From Candidatus Hydrogenedentota bacterium (GTDB lineage: Bacteria; Hydrogenedentota; Hydrogenedentia; Hydrogenedentales; SLHB01): a stretch of DNA of 64,000 nucleotides. A program made the position numbers and the translations under genes. Location: positions 1 through 64,000 of the forward strand of contig CAVUWV010000018.1 of assembly GCA_963745075.1 (NCBI GenBank), in the 5' to 3' direction. Shown in pieces: positions 9,087-19,475 of the stretch (position 1 is the first letter of the stretch; each line of letters starts with the position of its first letter). Below the pieces are notes generated by a model, which saw nothing but the letters and a program-made list of their open reading frames with translations, was not told the origin of the DNA and did no database searches.

Positions 9087-10199
9087 ATGAAGTTCTTGCT
9101 GAAAGGAAGTCTACTGTTCCTGGCGGTGGCCGCTTTCCAGGCCTCCGCCGACACCATCGTATTACGTGACGGAGACCAGTTTACGGGGTCCCTCGTGGAA
9201 ATCTCGGACGACGTCGCCGTGTTCCGCACCGAACTCGCCGGCCAACTCATCCTCCCCTTGGTGCGCGTTGCGTCGATTACGACCGCCCACGACGTCCAAG
9301 TGCTGTTCAACGATGGCGGCCGCAGCGTCGGCCGCTTGGTGACGTTGGACGGCAAGATGCAGTTCATGCCCGCCGATGGGGGAGAGGCGTACCCCATTCA
9401 AACGGCTATGCTGGCCTCCGTTGCTCCGGCACGAGGCGAAACCCTCGCGACCGCCGATTCCTCGGCCCTCCATAAAGACATGGCGACCGTCGAATCCGGT
9501 GTCCAGTACACCAGCGGCAACGACGACTTCGTGTCGTTGTACGCCCATCTTCGTTTGGCCGGCGAAGGACCCCGCACCGATTGGTGGTACGACGCGCGGC
9601 TCGCATCCGGCAATGATTTCGACGACCTGAGCCTGGCGCGTACGGCCGCGCGATGGCACTGGCGCCCGGAAGCTCGCCTGCACCCCGCACTCGAGGTCTC
9701 CCTCGAACGCAATACCGATGAACTGCTGGATCTTCGCGGAACCCTCACTGTGGGCGCCTACGCCACGCTCTGGGAAAATTCGGATCGCGAACTGGGCGTC
9801 ATGGCCGGTCTAACCGCCGAAGCCGATCGATGGAATGGGGAAGCGCTCGACGATCGCAATGTCTTTCCCGTCCACGGATGGGACGGGGCCAAGGCCGCGT
9901 TGTACTACCAAACCGTCGAACGGCACTACAACGATACCGACGTACGCCTCGACCTCAGTCTTCACCACCTCATGCAGGTATTCGACCGCGTCACCTGGGA
10001 AGAAGAACTCTCCCTGTATCCAAACCTCCTCGACGGCGGCGACTGGCGGGGCGCCTACGAGTCTTCCTTCCTGTTTCCGTTGACGGATCGCCTCCGGCTC
10101 AACCTCAACCTTCGGGTCGATTACGACAGCGATCCGGCCTTCCGCTACCTCGAAGAATGGCGCACGTCCGTCGGCGCCGGGATTCGGTGGACCTTCTGA
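9087..10199 (+). CDS. DUF481-like outer-membrane beta-barrel protein
   Basis: Signal peptide (ASA-D), DTIVLRDGDQFTG N-terminal motif, amphipathic beta strands, terminal W-T-F. Confidence 0.75.
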   Translation: MKFLLKGSLLFLAVAAFQASADTIVLRDGDQFTGSLVEISDDVAVFRTELAGQLILPLVRVASITTAHDVQVLFNDGGRSVGRLVTLDGKMQFMPADGGEAYPIQTAMLASVAPARGETLATADSSALHKDMATVESGVQYTSGNDDFVSLYAHLRLAGEGPRTDWWYDARLASGNDFDDLSLARTAARWHWRPEARLHPALEVSLERNTDELLDLRGTLTVGAYATLWENSDRELGVMAGLTAEADRWNGEALDDRNVFPVHGWDGAKAALYYQTVERHYNDTDVRLDLSLHHLMQVFDRVTWEEELSLYPNLLDGGDWRGAYESSFLFPLTDRLRLNLNLRVDYDSDPAFRYLEEWRTSVGAGIRWTF

Positions 10200-10474
10200 G
10201 TCATCATCGCGCAGAAGGTCTCGGGCACATCCCTGAGACTCACCTTCGCACGCCGCGTATCGCAGTCCGCACGGGGTGGACTTCTCAGTCGATCCCGCGA
10301 TATACTGTTCGGCAAGCGCGAGGATTCTTGGCTGCGTTATAATTGACACCTTTCCTGATGTCTGCTATTATTCGCCGCGTTTTTTAGCCAGTGTACCTGC
10401 GTTGTGTGTCTAGGAGTGTTGATTCTCGAAAACGGCCACAAGTTGTGCCGTTGCCACCTCAAAGGTAGGATCCC

Positions 10475-11431
10475 GTGTCGGCTGTAATTGAAACTCAAGA
10501 ACTCACCAAAGTGTACGAAGCCGCTTTCGGTGGACAGGATGTCCACGCACTGACCAGCCTCAATCTCTCCATCGGTGAGAAAGAAATCTTCGGATACCTC
10601 GGTCCGAACGGGTCAGGCAAAACCACCACCATCAAGATGCTCCTCGGCCTCATCTTCCCAACTTCTGGCGCCATCCGCATTATGGGAAGCGACGACATTT
10701 CGTCGCCCTCCGTAAAGCGGCACGTCGGATACCTTCCGGAGGGCGCCTATTACCCGGACTTCCTCAAAGGCGAGGAAATCCTCCGGTTTTACGGCCAACT
10801 CTACGGATTGGGCGGAAAGTCCCTGGAAAAGCGCATCGATGCGAGCCTCGAAACCGTGGGCATGACTCGGGCGCGCAAACGCCTGCTCCGCGGCTACTCC
10901 AAGGGAATGCGTCAACGGATCGGCCTCGCCCAATGCCTCCTCAGCGACCCCCAGATCCTCATTCTCGATGAGCCCACCACGGGACTTGACCCCGTCGCTC
11001 GTAAAGAAATCCGCGATCTACTCGTTGAATTGCGCGCCCAAGGTAAAACGCTTCTGATTTCCAGTCACGAACTGCTCGAGGTTGAGCTGATTAGCAACCG
11101 GGTCGGCATTCTCTACGACGGAGTTATGCAGACCACCGGCACCATCGACGAGTTGCTCCAGGAACGGGATGTTGTCATCGAGGTGTCCGGACTCACCGAT
11201 GAGATCGCTGGTCGCCTTGCCGAAAAAGGCATCGCCGCCGAAGATCGCATCGATTCAAAAGCCAGCCTCCGGATTCCCAACGAACTGTCCGTGTACGACG
11301 CGATCGACCTCATGAAGGCGCAGCACGTGAATGTAGTCAGTATCGCGCCCCGTCGCGAAACGCTCGAAGAATTATTCGTCCGCGTCGTTGGCGACGCCCG
11401 CACGAAAACAGAAGGAAAGAGTGAGGAATGA
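10475..11431 (+). CDS. ABC transporter ATP-binding protein
   Basis: GPNGSGKTT Walker A, YSKGMRQR signature, ILILDEPT, SSH. Confidence 0.95.
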   Translation: MSAVIETQELTKVYEAAFGGQDVHALTSLNLSIGEKEIFGYLGPNGSGKTTTIKMLLGLIFPTSGAIRIMGSDDISSPSVKRHVGYLPEGAYYPDFLKGEEILRFYGQLYGLGGKSLEKRIDASLETVGMTRARKRLLRGYSKGMRQRIGLAQCLLSDPQILILDEPTTGLDPVARKEIRDLLVELRAQGKTLLISSHELLEVELISNRVGILYDGVMQTTGTIDELLQERDVVIEVSGLTDEIAGRLAEKGIAAEDRIDSKASLRIPNELSVYDAIDLMKAQHVNVVSIAPRRETLEELFVRVVGDARTKTEGKSEE

Positions 11432-12270
11432 GCGGTTTTGTAGGATTCATGCGCGGTTCCCTGAGTATCGCGCGATACACCTGGCGCGAAGGTCTCCGCA
11501 AGAAAACCATGATCGGCTTTCTCATCCTGAGCATCCTGGTTATCTTCGGCTCCCAATTCATGACCGCGTTCCTGACCCGATCCACCATCGGTGACAGTGG
11601 CGCGGACCTGGACGTTAAACTCATCAAAGACATTTGCGTGACCACCATCGCCATTTTCGGAATGCTGATTACCGTCTTTATCTCCGCGTCGGTGGTACCC
11701 GGGGAAGTCGAGAATAAAGTAATCTACACCATACTCTCCAAGCCCGTACGGCGCTTCCAGTACCTCTTCGGCAAGTTCCTCGGCGTTCAGTTTATCGTGA
11801 TCCTGAACCTCGCGCTGATGGGAGGCTTGTTCTTCCTCGCCCTTTACGTCAAACAGCAGGTTTGGCCGACGCTTCTCCTGTACTCGATTTTCCTGACATA
11901 CTTTCAGTTTCTCATCGTTTCGGCCTTCACATTCGCCGTTTCCTGCACGTCCAGTTCCTCGGTGTTGCCAACAATTGCCGGACTCTTCATTTACATCACC
12001 GGCAACCTCACCGAGTACCTCAAGGACGTTTCAGTTCGGGCCGGCCAGACCGAACAGGCGCTCGACGCCCTGATCGGGCGCATCTCCTGGGGCCTGTATC
12101 ACGTGCTGCCCAATCTACGGTTCTTCGATTTGAAGGACCAGATTCTCTATCTCCAGCCCAACGACCCCCCGCGCGACGTTCAGTTCCCGCAGCTCATCGC
12201 ATACGGACTCGCGTACGCGCTGGCCGGGTATATCATGGCGTACTGGATTTTCCGCCGTAAGGAACTGTAG
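11428..12270 (+). CDS. ABC-2 type transporter permease
   Basis: IARYTWREGLR, EVENKVIYTILSKPVRR..GKFLG, C-terminal FRRKEL, ~6 TM helices. Confidence 0.9.
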   Translation: MSGFVGFMRGSLSIARYTWREGLRKKTMIGFLILSILVIFGSQFMTAFLTRSTIGDSGADLDVKLIKDICVTTIAIFGMLITVFISASVVPGEVENKVIYTILSKPVRRFQYLFGKFLGVQFIVILNLALMGGLFFLALYVKQQVWPTLLLYSIFLTYFQFLIVSAFTFAVSCTSSSSVLPTIAGLFIYITGNLTEYLKDVSVRAGQTEQALDALIGRISWGLYHVLPNLRFFDLKDQILYLQPNDPPRDVQFPQLIAYGLAYALAGYIMAYWIFRRKEL

Positions 12271-12275
12271 TAGAA

Positions 12276-14108
12276 ATGGCTAAGAAGTTCCCGAACCTTT
12301 TGTTAGGACTCCTGCTCGTCGCAGTCCTGGCCGTGGCAACGCTCCAAGGCCGTCATGTCGACCATCTGCGCGACTGTGACCATTTTTATCGCTGGATTAT
12401 TTCCGCGTGCACACAAGTCCGCATATTCGGACTCCCCGGTACGGTCCTGAACAAAACGGACGTAGATACGAACGGTCAGAAGGAAGACTACGACCTTCGC
12501 CTTTTCCACTCGCTGGTCGAGAAGAGCGATTCCTTTCTCGAAGATGTCCCGGTAGCCGACTCGGATTACGACAAGGATGGTAATCCCTATCCAAAAGTCG
12601 TCCGATATACGGCGGCGCCGCTGGATCCGAAAGCGGAATCCTCCGACGTTGAAAAGGGGCAGATTCAAAGCGCCGAGCAGGTCCGCCGCGACTGGGAACT
12701 GTGGCAAATGGCACAAAGTAAAGAACTGGCCCCTCTTCGCAGCGAATTCCTCGCCGCCCTGCGAGATGGAAACCTGACGAGTTCCGGGTCGCAATTCAAC
12801 CTCTCCGGCATGTACGAGGAACACGGGACCACCGCCAACCTCGCCAACATGTTCCTCGGATTCCGGAAGATGGCCGCCAACCTCATCTGGCTCCAAATCG
12901 ACAAACTCTGGCACAAAGGCGCCATGTATCAAATGATTCCGCTGATGCGAACCTGCGTCACGCTGGATCCGACCTTCGTCGATGCATTCCTCGTAGGCGC
13001 CTGGCACCTTTCGTATAACATTCCCGCCAAACTTGAGATTACGCCGTATGAATTGCGCACCTACCACCCGGAATACGACGACTGGCTGGGCGAGCGGGAG
13101 GATTTCATTTACGCGGGCGTCGAATTCCTGAAGGACGGCATCCGCAAGAATCCGCGCGAGTACAAGCTGTATTTCGATCTCGGATTCGCCATCTACGAGG
13201 AGAAACTGGACAATATCCCGAAGGCGATCGAGTATCTTTCCGAAGCCATTCGGCTCGATCACGACCGCTGGGTACGGCGCCAACTCTATCGTGAACTCGG
13301 TGAGGACGGCCGCCTCGAGGAGTCGAAAGCGGGCTGGGAGAGTTACCTCGAGTGGCAACCCGGCAACGAGGTCGCCAAGCGCTTTATTCACCTCATGGAT
13401 GGCGCCATCAAAGAACGTAACGCCGAATGGGCCTCCGACCGCGCCCGGGCCGCCGAGAAACGCGCCGAACTCGCCCGTCAACAGGGGAACGAGGCCGTGG
13501 CGAAGGAATGGGATGCCAAAGCGGAAGAGGCCCGAACTGCGGAAGCAGAGGGGTACAAAGAGGCCCGGGCCTACTGGCAACAGATCGTGGACGACTCCAA
13601 TGGAGAAGACACGTACGCTTTGGCTCGAGTGCTGCTATTGAACGCCCGGGAAAAGGTCCAGCAGGAACGGTACGTTGAAGCCATCGTCGATTTTGACAAC
13701 GCCCGCTGGGCCTCCAGCACGTTCTGGGACGAAGCCACCGACGCTATGGTCCAGACAAAGCTCAAGGCCAACCAGCCTCTTTCCCTGACCGAGAAACGAC
13801 AGCTTGATCGCGAAACAGACTCCCTCCAATACACACGCCACCTTCCCAAATCGATTGGCGGGGAGCACTACCGGTTTGACGATGGCACGTGGTACGAAGA
13901 GACGCGAGAATCACGTGGCGAACCGAAGAAGATCCCCCGCGATTCGTCAGAGTTGTACGAACTCATTTACCGCCATCCGCAGATCGCAAAGACCTTGGAC
14001 GATTTGGATGGCGACATCGTGCTCCAGGCCGGGGATACCTGGTACTACATCGACTCGCCAAAACCGGCAATGGCGTCCAAGCTGTACACCCCACCGCCAG
14101 CGGCATAG
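12276..14108 (+). CDS. Membrane-anchored TPR-like protein associated with the ABC transporter
   Basis: N-terminal TM; GFRKMAANLIWLQ, TLDPTFVDAF..AWHLSYN, helical repeats. Confidence 0.7.
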   Translation: MAKKFPNLLLGLLLVAVLAVATLQGRHVDHLRDCDHFYRWIISACTQVRIFGLPGTVLNKTDVDTNGQKEDYDLRLFHSLVEKSDSFLEDVPVADSDYDKDGNPYPKVVRYTAAPLDPKAESSDVEKGQIQSAEQVRRDWELWQMAQSKELAPLRSEFLAALRDGNLTSSGSQFNLSGMYEEHGTTANLANMFLGFRKMAANLIWLQIDKLWHKGAMYQMIPLMRTCVTLDPTFVDAFLVGAWHLSYNIPAKLEITPYELRTYHPEYDDWLGEREDFIYAGVEFLKDGIRKNPREYKLYFDLGFAIYEEKLDNIPKAIEYLSEAIRLDHDRWVRRQLYRELGEDGRLEESKAGWESYLEWQPGNEVAKRFIHLMDGAIKERNAEWASDRARAAEKRAELARQQGNEAVAKEWDAKAEEARTAEAEGYKEARAYWQQIVDDSNGEDTYALARVLLLNAREKVQQERYVEAIVDFDNARWASSTFWDEATDAMVQTKLKANQPLSLTEKRQLDRETDSLQYTRHLPKSIGGEHYRFDDGTWYEETRESRGEPKKIPRDSSELYELIYRHPQIAKTLDDLDGDIVLQAGDTWYYIDSPKPAMASKLYTPPPAA

Positions 14109-14263
14109 CCGGTAACACGTTGCAGCCGACTGTCGGCTCGCTCCGATTCGAGATCGAAAACCGACGGCGTTGCGCATATCTTCGACTCGTCTTAAAGGGA
14201 CTTGAATCCAGGGGGCCAGCCCAACTACCATACCAAGGCCGAGTCGCAGGGTAAGGGGTATCT

Positions 14264-14926
14264 TTGAGCGAAGACGCTATCGAAGCACGACTTACGGACG
14301 TACGCCGACGCATCGCGGATGCCGCGGTACGGGGTAATCGTGCCCCCGATGAAATCACGTTGGTGGCCGTAACCAAGGGCCGTACGGCCGAAGATGTCCG
14401 GTCCCTCTATAACCTTGGCATTCGACACTTTGGCGAGAATCGCGTTCCCGAAGCGGAGACGAAGATCGCCGCGTTGCCGAACGACATCGTGTGGCACATG
14501 GTCGGCAACGTGCAGCGCCGAAAAGCCCCCGCAGTGCTCCGTTTGTTTCAACGAGTGGACTCGGTCGACCGGGTCGAACTCGCCGAGACCTTGAACCGAC
14601 GGGTCGAGTCGGCTGATACGATCTTGGACGTTTTGGTCGAAGTAAACGTTTCCGGAGAGGCTTCCAAACACGGGATGGTCCCGTCTGCCTTACGGTCGGC
14701 CTTGGAAGCAATGTCGGGTTTCGAACACGTTCGCGTGGTGGGCCTGATGACGATGGCGCCGTTGTGCGACGACACGGAATTGGTCCGGCCCGTCTTTCGG
14801 AAACTGCGTAAGTTGGCGGTCGAAAACAATTTGCCCGTCGTTTCCATGGGGATGTCGGGGGACTTTGAAGTGGCAATCGAAGAAGGCGCTACCGAAGTGC
14901 GCATCGGCACCGCTTTGTTTGTCTAA
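14264..14926 (+). CDS. yggS: PLP homeostasis protein, YggS family
   Basis: [49 protein letters not shown] start. Confidence 0.96.
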   Translation: MSEDAIEARLTDVRRRIADAAVRGNRAPDEITLVAVTKGRTAEDVRSLYNLGIRHFGENRVPEAETKIAALPNDIVWHMVGNVQRRKAPAVLRLFQRVDSVDRVELAETLNRRVESADTILDVLVEVNVSGEASKHGMVPSALRSALEAMSGFEHVRVVGLMTMAPLCDDTELVRPVFRKLRKLAVENNLPVVSMGMSGDFEVAIEEGATEVRIGTALFV

Positions 14927-15024
14927 AAGCGGTACCTGGCACCGTCTCACGGAGGCTGGGACCGAAACGTTTTCTCACGAAGTCCAACGTCTGTCACCTC
15001 TGGACATGTGAAGGAAGGCATTTG

Positions 15025-16032
15025 ATGAAAGAAGAACTCGAGCGGCTTCGTGTGGAGGCCTTGGCGGAAATTGCGGATGCCGATTCGTCCCGTCAGATTG
15101 AGGACCTCCGGGTCAGGTTTCTGGGCCGGAAAGGCGCCATCACCGCGATACTCCGGAGCGTAAGCCAGGCATCCGCGGAGGAACGCCCCCTTCTGGGAAA
15201 GGCCGCCAACGAGCTGAAAAACGCCCTCACGATAGCCATCGAGGCCCGCGCGGCGGATGTTCTCGCCCGGGAACGCGCTACCACGAGCCGCAAGGACCGT
15301 CCCGATATTACCCTTCCGGGAAGGAAACCGGAGCTTGGCCACTTGCACGTGATTACGCAGGTCGCCGAGGAAATCCTCGACGTCTTCGGCGAATTGGGGT
15401 TTCAAGTGGCGACGGGACCCGAGGTCGAGACCGAATACTACAATTTCGACAGTCTCAACACACCCGCCGATCACCCTGCGCGGGACTTGCACGACACCTT
15501 CTTTGTCAAACCCGGCGTCGTCCTCCGAACCCACACATCGCCGGTCCAGATGCGGGTCATGGAACGATCGAAACCGCCCGTCGCCGTGGTCGTACCGGGC
15601 AAAGTCTACCGCGTCGATGCCGACGCGACCCACAGTCCCATGTTCTTTCAGATCGAAGGGTTGCTGGTCGACGAAGGTGTCAGCTTCGCGGACCTGAAGG
15701 GCACCCTCATGCACTTCGTCCACCGCTTCTTCGGCAAGGACGTCGTGATGCGGTTCCGTCCTCATTTCTTCCCGTTTACCGAGCCCTCTGCCGAACTCGA
15801 CATCCTCTGGACCAGCAAGGCGGCCGACGGCAGCACCCAGACCAAGTGGATGGAAATTCTGGGTTGCGGCATGGTCCATCCCGAGGTATTTCACTACGCC
15901 GGGTACGACTACGAGAAGTACACCGGCTTTGCTTTTGGGCTCGGCGTCGACCGAATCGCCATGGTGCGGCACCGGATCAGCAGCATCAGCTACTTATACG
16001 AGAACGACTTACGATTCCTGGAGCAGTTCTAA
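15025..16032 (+). CDS. pheS: Phenylalanine--tRNA ligase alpha subunit
   Basis: HPARDLHDTF, LRTHTSPVQ, FPFTEPS, GFAFGLG. Confidence 0.98.
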   Translation: MKEELERLRVEALAEIADADSSRQIEDLRVRFLGRKGAITAILRSVSQASAEERPLLGKAANELKNALTIAIEARAADVLARERATTSRKDRPDITLPGRKPELGHLHVITQVAEEILDVFGELGFQVATGPEVETEYYNFDSLNTPADHPARDLHDTFFVKPGVVLRTHTSPVQMRVMERSKPPVAVVVPGKVYRVDADATHSPMFFQIEGLLVDEGVSFADLKGTLMHFVHRFFGKDVVMRFRPHFFPFTEPSAELDILWTSKAADGSTQTKWMEILGCGMVHPEVFHYAGYDYEKYTGFAFGLGVDRIAMVRHRISSISYLYENDLRFLEQF

Positions 16033-16033
16033 T

Positions 16034-18424
16034 ATGCGGATCTCCTATCGATGGCTTAAAGAACTTGTCGACTTCGACCTGGATGTCGAAGCACTGGCCC
16101 AGCGCCTGACCCTACTGGGCCTTGAAATCGAATCCGTCGAGCGGCCCGGCCAAGGGATTCGCGAGGTCTACATCGGCCGGATTCTCGACATCCAATCGCA
16201 CCCCGATGCGGACAAATTGGTCGTGTGCAAAACCGACATCGGCCTGAGCGACCCCCTCCAGATCGTCTGCGGCGCTAAGAATATGAAAGTGGGGGACTTG
16301 GTACCGACTGCCGTGGTCGGTGCGACGCTGCCCGGTGGCTTCGAGATTGGCCGCCGAAAGATGCGCGGCATCGAATCCCAAGGCATGATGTGCTCGGCCC
16401 GCGAACTCGGCTTAGGCCAAGACCATGCCGGCCTGCTGATTCTTCCCAACGACCTGCCGGTCGGCGCCGACGCCATCCCGATCCTCGGTCTGGACGATGT
16501 GATTCTCGAGATCGAGGTGACCCCGAATCGCGGCGACTGGGCCGGCATGCTCGGTGTGGCCCGGGAACTCGCCGCCTCGCTGAACACCGAGGTGAGACTT
16601 CCCGACGCGACCTTGTCCGAAGACGGCCCGCCGGTTACCGAACTCTCGAGCGTGACTATCGACGATCCGGACTTGTGCCCACGGTACACGGGCCGTGTTC
16701 TAACAGACGTGAAAGTGGGACCGCCACCCCTTTGGATGGTCCAACGACTCGTCCATGCAGGCCAGCGTTCCATCAGCAACCTCGTCGACATCACAAACTA
16801 CGTGATGCTGGAGACGGGCCACCCGCTACACGCCTTTGATTTCAATACTCTCACAGAGAATCGAATCCTCGTGCGGCGCGCGAAACATAATGAAACAATT
16901 AAAACAATCGACGAAACAGATAGAAAGCTCGATGAAGACACGCTGGTGATCGCGGACGGCGCAAATCCTATTGCTATAGCTGGAGTTATGGGCGGATTCG
17001 ACAGTGAAGTTACAAATAAGACATCGGTAATCTTTCTTGAAAGTGCCTATTTCAAACCCCAATCAATTCGGCGTTCTTCCAAGACGTTGGGGTTGCAAAC
17101 CGAGTCATCAACACGGTTCCAGCGTGGCGCCGACCCGGAAATGGCACGATTCGCGCTGGACCGCGCCGCGCAACTCATCCAGCAATACGCGGGGGCAAAG
17201 GTGGCCAAAGGGGTTCTGGACGAGCACCCCGGCAAGGCGGCGCCTCGGGAAATCTCCCTGCGCTACGCGCGTACGGACTTGCTTCTGGGCGGGGAAATCC
17301 CTCCGGAATCCCAGCGTAACTATCTCGCCGATTTGGGTTTCGGTGTCGAGGAAGTTGACGGGAGTGAGTGCACGATCACCATTCCCGCATGGCGGCATGA
17401 CGTTACCCAGGAAGCTGACTTAATCGAAGAGATCGCCCGGCTTTACGGCTACGACGCCATCCCGATCACCTTGCCGCGGGTGCGTAAGACCGACCAGATT
17501 TTCGCACCCATGGAGAAGCCATTGCGCGAATTGCGCCACTTGCTGGCTGGCACGGGCCTGTCAGAAATGATGAGCCTCAGCTTCGGCAACCCGAGCGACT
17601 TGGACGGCGCAGGATTAGATTCTGACGGGATGCTGATGCTCCAAAACCCGCTCTCCGAGAACCATGCGGGCATGCGGACCAGCTTAGTGCCGGCCATGCT
17701 CCAAGCGGTATCGACCAACATCCGGCGCGGCGTAGAATCCATTGCGGCCTTCGAGGTCGCCAAGGTTTACCTCCCAAAACCTGACGAGGAACTTCCCGAG
17801 GAACGGGTGGACCTCTGCATCGCGCTGGCGGGCCGGCACGGGGCACGGCACTGGAGCCGCGAACCCCGGCAATCGGATTTTTACGACATCAAAGGCCTTG
17901 TCGAGTCACTGGCTGAGACCCTCGGAATTCGTCTTGAAATGGCAGCAGGGGAGTCTGGATATCTGGAACCCGGACACGGAATTGCGCTCCACTTCGAAGG
18001 CGAAAAGGTTGGCGTCTTCGGCCGCCTCGCTACCAATGCCGCCCAGCATTTCGACATCGATAAGCCGGTATTCCTAGCGGACTTAACCTTGGAATCCCTT
18101 CTCAATGCCACAAAACCCGAACGCCACTTCCAGGAGGTTTCCGTATTTCCGCCATCCTTGCGGGATATGGCGGTCGTCCTCGACGCGTCCGTTCCGGCCG
18201 GCGACATACTGGAAGCCGCCCGAAATGCGGGAGGGAAACTCCTTCACCGTGTGGAAATCTTCGACGTGTATACTGGTAAGCAAGTTCCGGAAGGCAAGAA
18301 AAGCCTCGCCCTGGGGCTCGTATTCCAGGCGCCGGACCGCACCCTGACCGATAAAGATTCACAGAAGAGCTGGGACAAGATTCTCCGAAGGCTACAGGAC
18401 ACGTTTCAGGCACAACTCCGGTGA
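16034..18424 (+). CDS. pheT: Phenylalanine--tRNA ligase beta subunit
   Basis: MRISYRWL, HPDADKL, IVCGA, TPNRGD, DLIEEIARLYGY, C-terminal FDX-ACB domain. Confidence 0.98.
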   Translation: MRISYRWLKELVDFDLDVEALAQRLTLLGLEIESVERPGQGIREVYIGRILDIQSHPDADKLVVCKTDIGLSDPLQIVCGAKNMKVGDLVPTAVVGATLPGGFEIGRRKMRGIESQGMMCSARELGLGQDHAGLLILPNDLPVGADAIPILGLDDVILEIEVTPNRGDWAGMLGVARELAASLNTEVRLPDATLSEDGPPVTELSSVTIDDPDLCPRYTGRVLTDVKVGPPPLWMVQRLVHAGQRSISNLVDITNYVMLETGHPLHAFDFNTLTENRILVRRAKHNETIKTIDETDRKLDEDTLVIADGANPIAIAGVMGGFDSEVTNKTSVIFLESAYFKPQSIRRSSKTLGLQTESSTRFQRGADPEMARFALDRAAQLIQQYAGAKVAKGVLDEHPGKAAPREISLRYARTDLLLGGEIPPESQRNYLADLGFGVEEVDGSECTITIPAWRHDVTQEADLIEEIARLYGYDAIPITLPRVRKTDQIFAPMEKPLRELRHLLAGTGLSEMMSLSFGNPSDLDGAGLDSDGMLMLQNPLSENHAGMRTSLVPAMLQAVSTNIRRGVESIAAFEVAKVYLPKPDEELPEERVDLCIALAGRHGARHWSREPRQSDFYDIKGLVESLAETLGIRLEMAAGESGYLEPGHGIALHFEGEKVGVFGRLATNAAQHFDIDKPVFLADLTLESLLNATKPERHFQEVSVFPPSLRDMAVVLDASVPAGDILEAARNAGGKLLHRVEIFDVYTGKQVPEGKKSLALGLVFQAPDRTLTDKDSQKSWDKILRRLQDTFQAQLR

Positions 18425-18717
18425 AACCGCGCATCCAAGAGCAGATTCAAGAAATCGAGGCCACGATCGATCGACTGCGCATCGCCGCCCAAGCCGCTGC
18501 CGGGAAGGTTGAATCGGTCCAGGCAGCCCAGGAGGAACTCCGCAAGGAGCACTGGCGCCACCGCAAGGAGCTGGCAACTTTGTCCCGGACGGTGGACGAC
18601 ATCACCGGACTCGAGAATGAGAACGCCCGTTACCGGGAATGTGTCGGAGAACTCAAAGACACCCTTCAAAACCTGCTTGCGGGCATCAAATCCCTGCGGG
18701 CCGAGTACCGCACATGA
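18421..18717 (+). CDS. Coiled-coil protein, ZapB-like
   Basis: 98-aa all-helical heptad pattern between pheT and zapA, translationally coupled to both. Confidence 0.55.
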   Translation: MKPRIQEQIQEIEATIDRLRIAAQAAAGKVESVQAAQEELRKEHWRHRKELATLSRTVDDITGLENENARYRECVGELKDTLQNLLAGIKSLRAEYRT

Positions 18718-19019
18718 AGACGCCCTCGCTGCAAGTGAAGATGGGGGGGAAAACGGTAACCGTTCCCATCGTCAAGAACGAAGAAACTACCCTGCGCATC
18801 GTTGAACGCGTAAACCAACGTCTTCAGGACATCGAGGAAAGCAGTCCCCGAATCGATACGCAAGCCTTCGCGCTGCAAACGGCATACTCCTTCGCCGTAG
18901 AGCTGGCCCAGGCAGAAGCTGCCGAAGCGGACGACCAGCAAGACACGCTGGAGGCCTTGGGGCGATTGCAGCGCTCGCTGGAAGACGTGTTAATGGTACT
19001 AGACTTTAGCGCTGACTAG
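18714..19019 (+). CDS. zapA: Cell division protein ZapA-like
   Basis: N-terminal beta hairpin (VKMGGKTVTV), VNQRLQDI, ALQTAYSFAVEL then coiled coil; pheT-zapA synteny. Confidence 0.7.
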   Translation: MKTPSLQVKMGGKTVTVPIVKNEETTLRIVERVNQRLQDIEESSPRIDTQAFALQTAYSFAVELAQAEAAEADDQQDTLEALGRLQRSLEDVLMVLDFSAD

Positions 19020-19097
19020 AGTCCGCAGGCGACCGCATCCTTACCATAGGATAAATCCCTCGATAGACCGCATGGGGCGGGTTTCATTGCCCATTAA

Positions 19098-19125
19098 ACG
19101 TCTGATAATATATATTATGTTCAAT
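19098..19125. other. dif: XerCD dif site (chromosome dimer resolution)
   Basis: ACGTCTGATAA-TATATA-TTATGTTCAAT: 11-6-11 layout; XerD arm is 1 nt from E. coli TTATGTTAAAT, spacer TATATA as in B. subtilis dif; intergenic. Confidence 0.85.
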
Positions 19126-19475
19126 TAGTTTGTGCATGAATACCCTCAGAACGCCCCTCATCGTGGTGCCCGCGAGCGCCAACCACCTCTCTTGCGTATT
19201 CCTGTGTCATACCCGCACCTTATTTTCGTCGTGAGCTTTTTGATGCAAGTCATTATATACATAGTTCTTGAGAACTTTATAGACCGCATCGAGGGTTGTG
19301 CGCCTGGCGGATTTTCAGTGGTTTTGCATCGCGTCGCATGACGCTGCTTGCTCGATTCAAATTGAGACAACGCCGGTTGGACGGTCGAAGTACAAAAAAG
19401 ATGACATGGGCGCTTTTGGGGTCGGTGACGGGATTCTGAGACAAGACACGTTCGGTGAAGGGCTGGAAATGAAAA

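Noticed and set aside
19020..19470. 6S RNA expected downstream of zapA
   Set aside because: No long interrupted hairpin with a central bubble is visible; the region holds dif and AT-rich sequence instead
19130..19475. Integrated element at the tRNA-Gly 3' end
   Set aside because: No integrase and no duplicated tRNA 3' end seen in the window; same for tRNA-Arg
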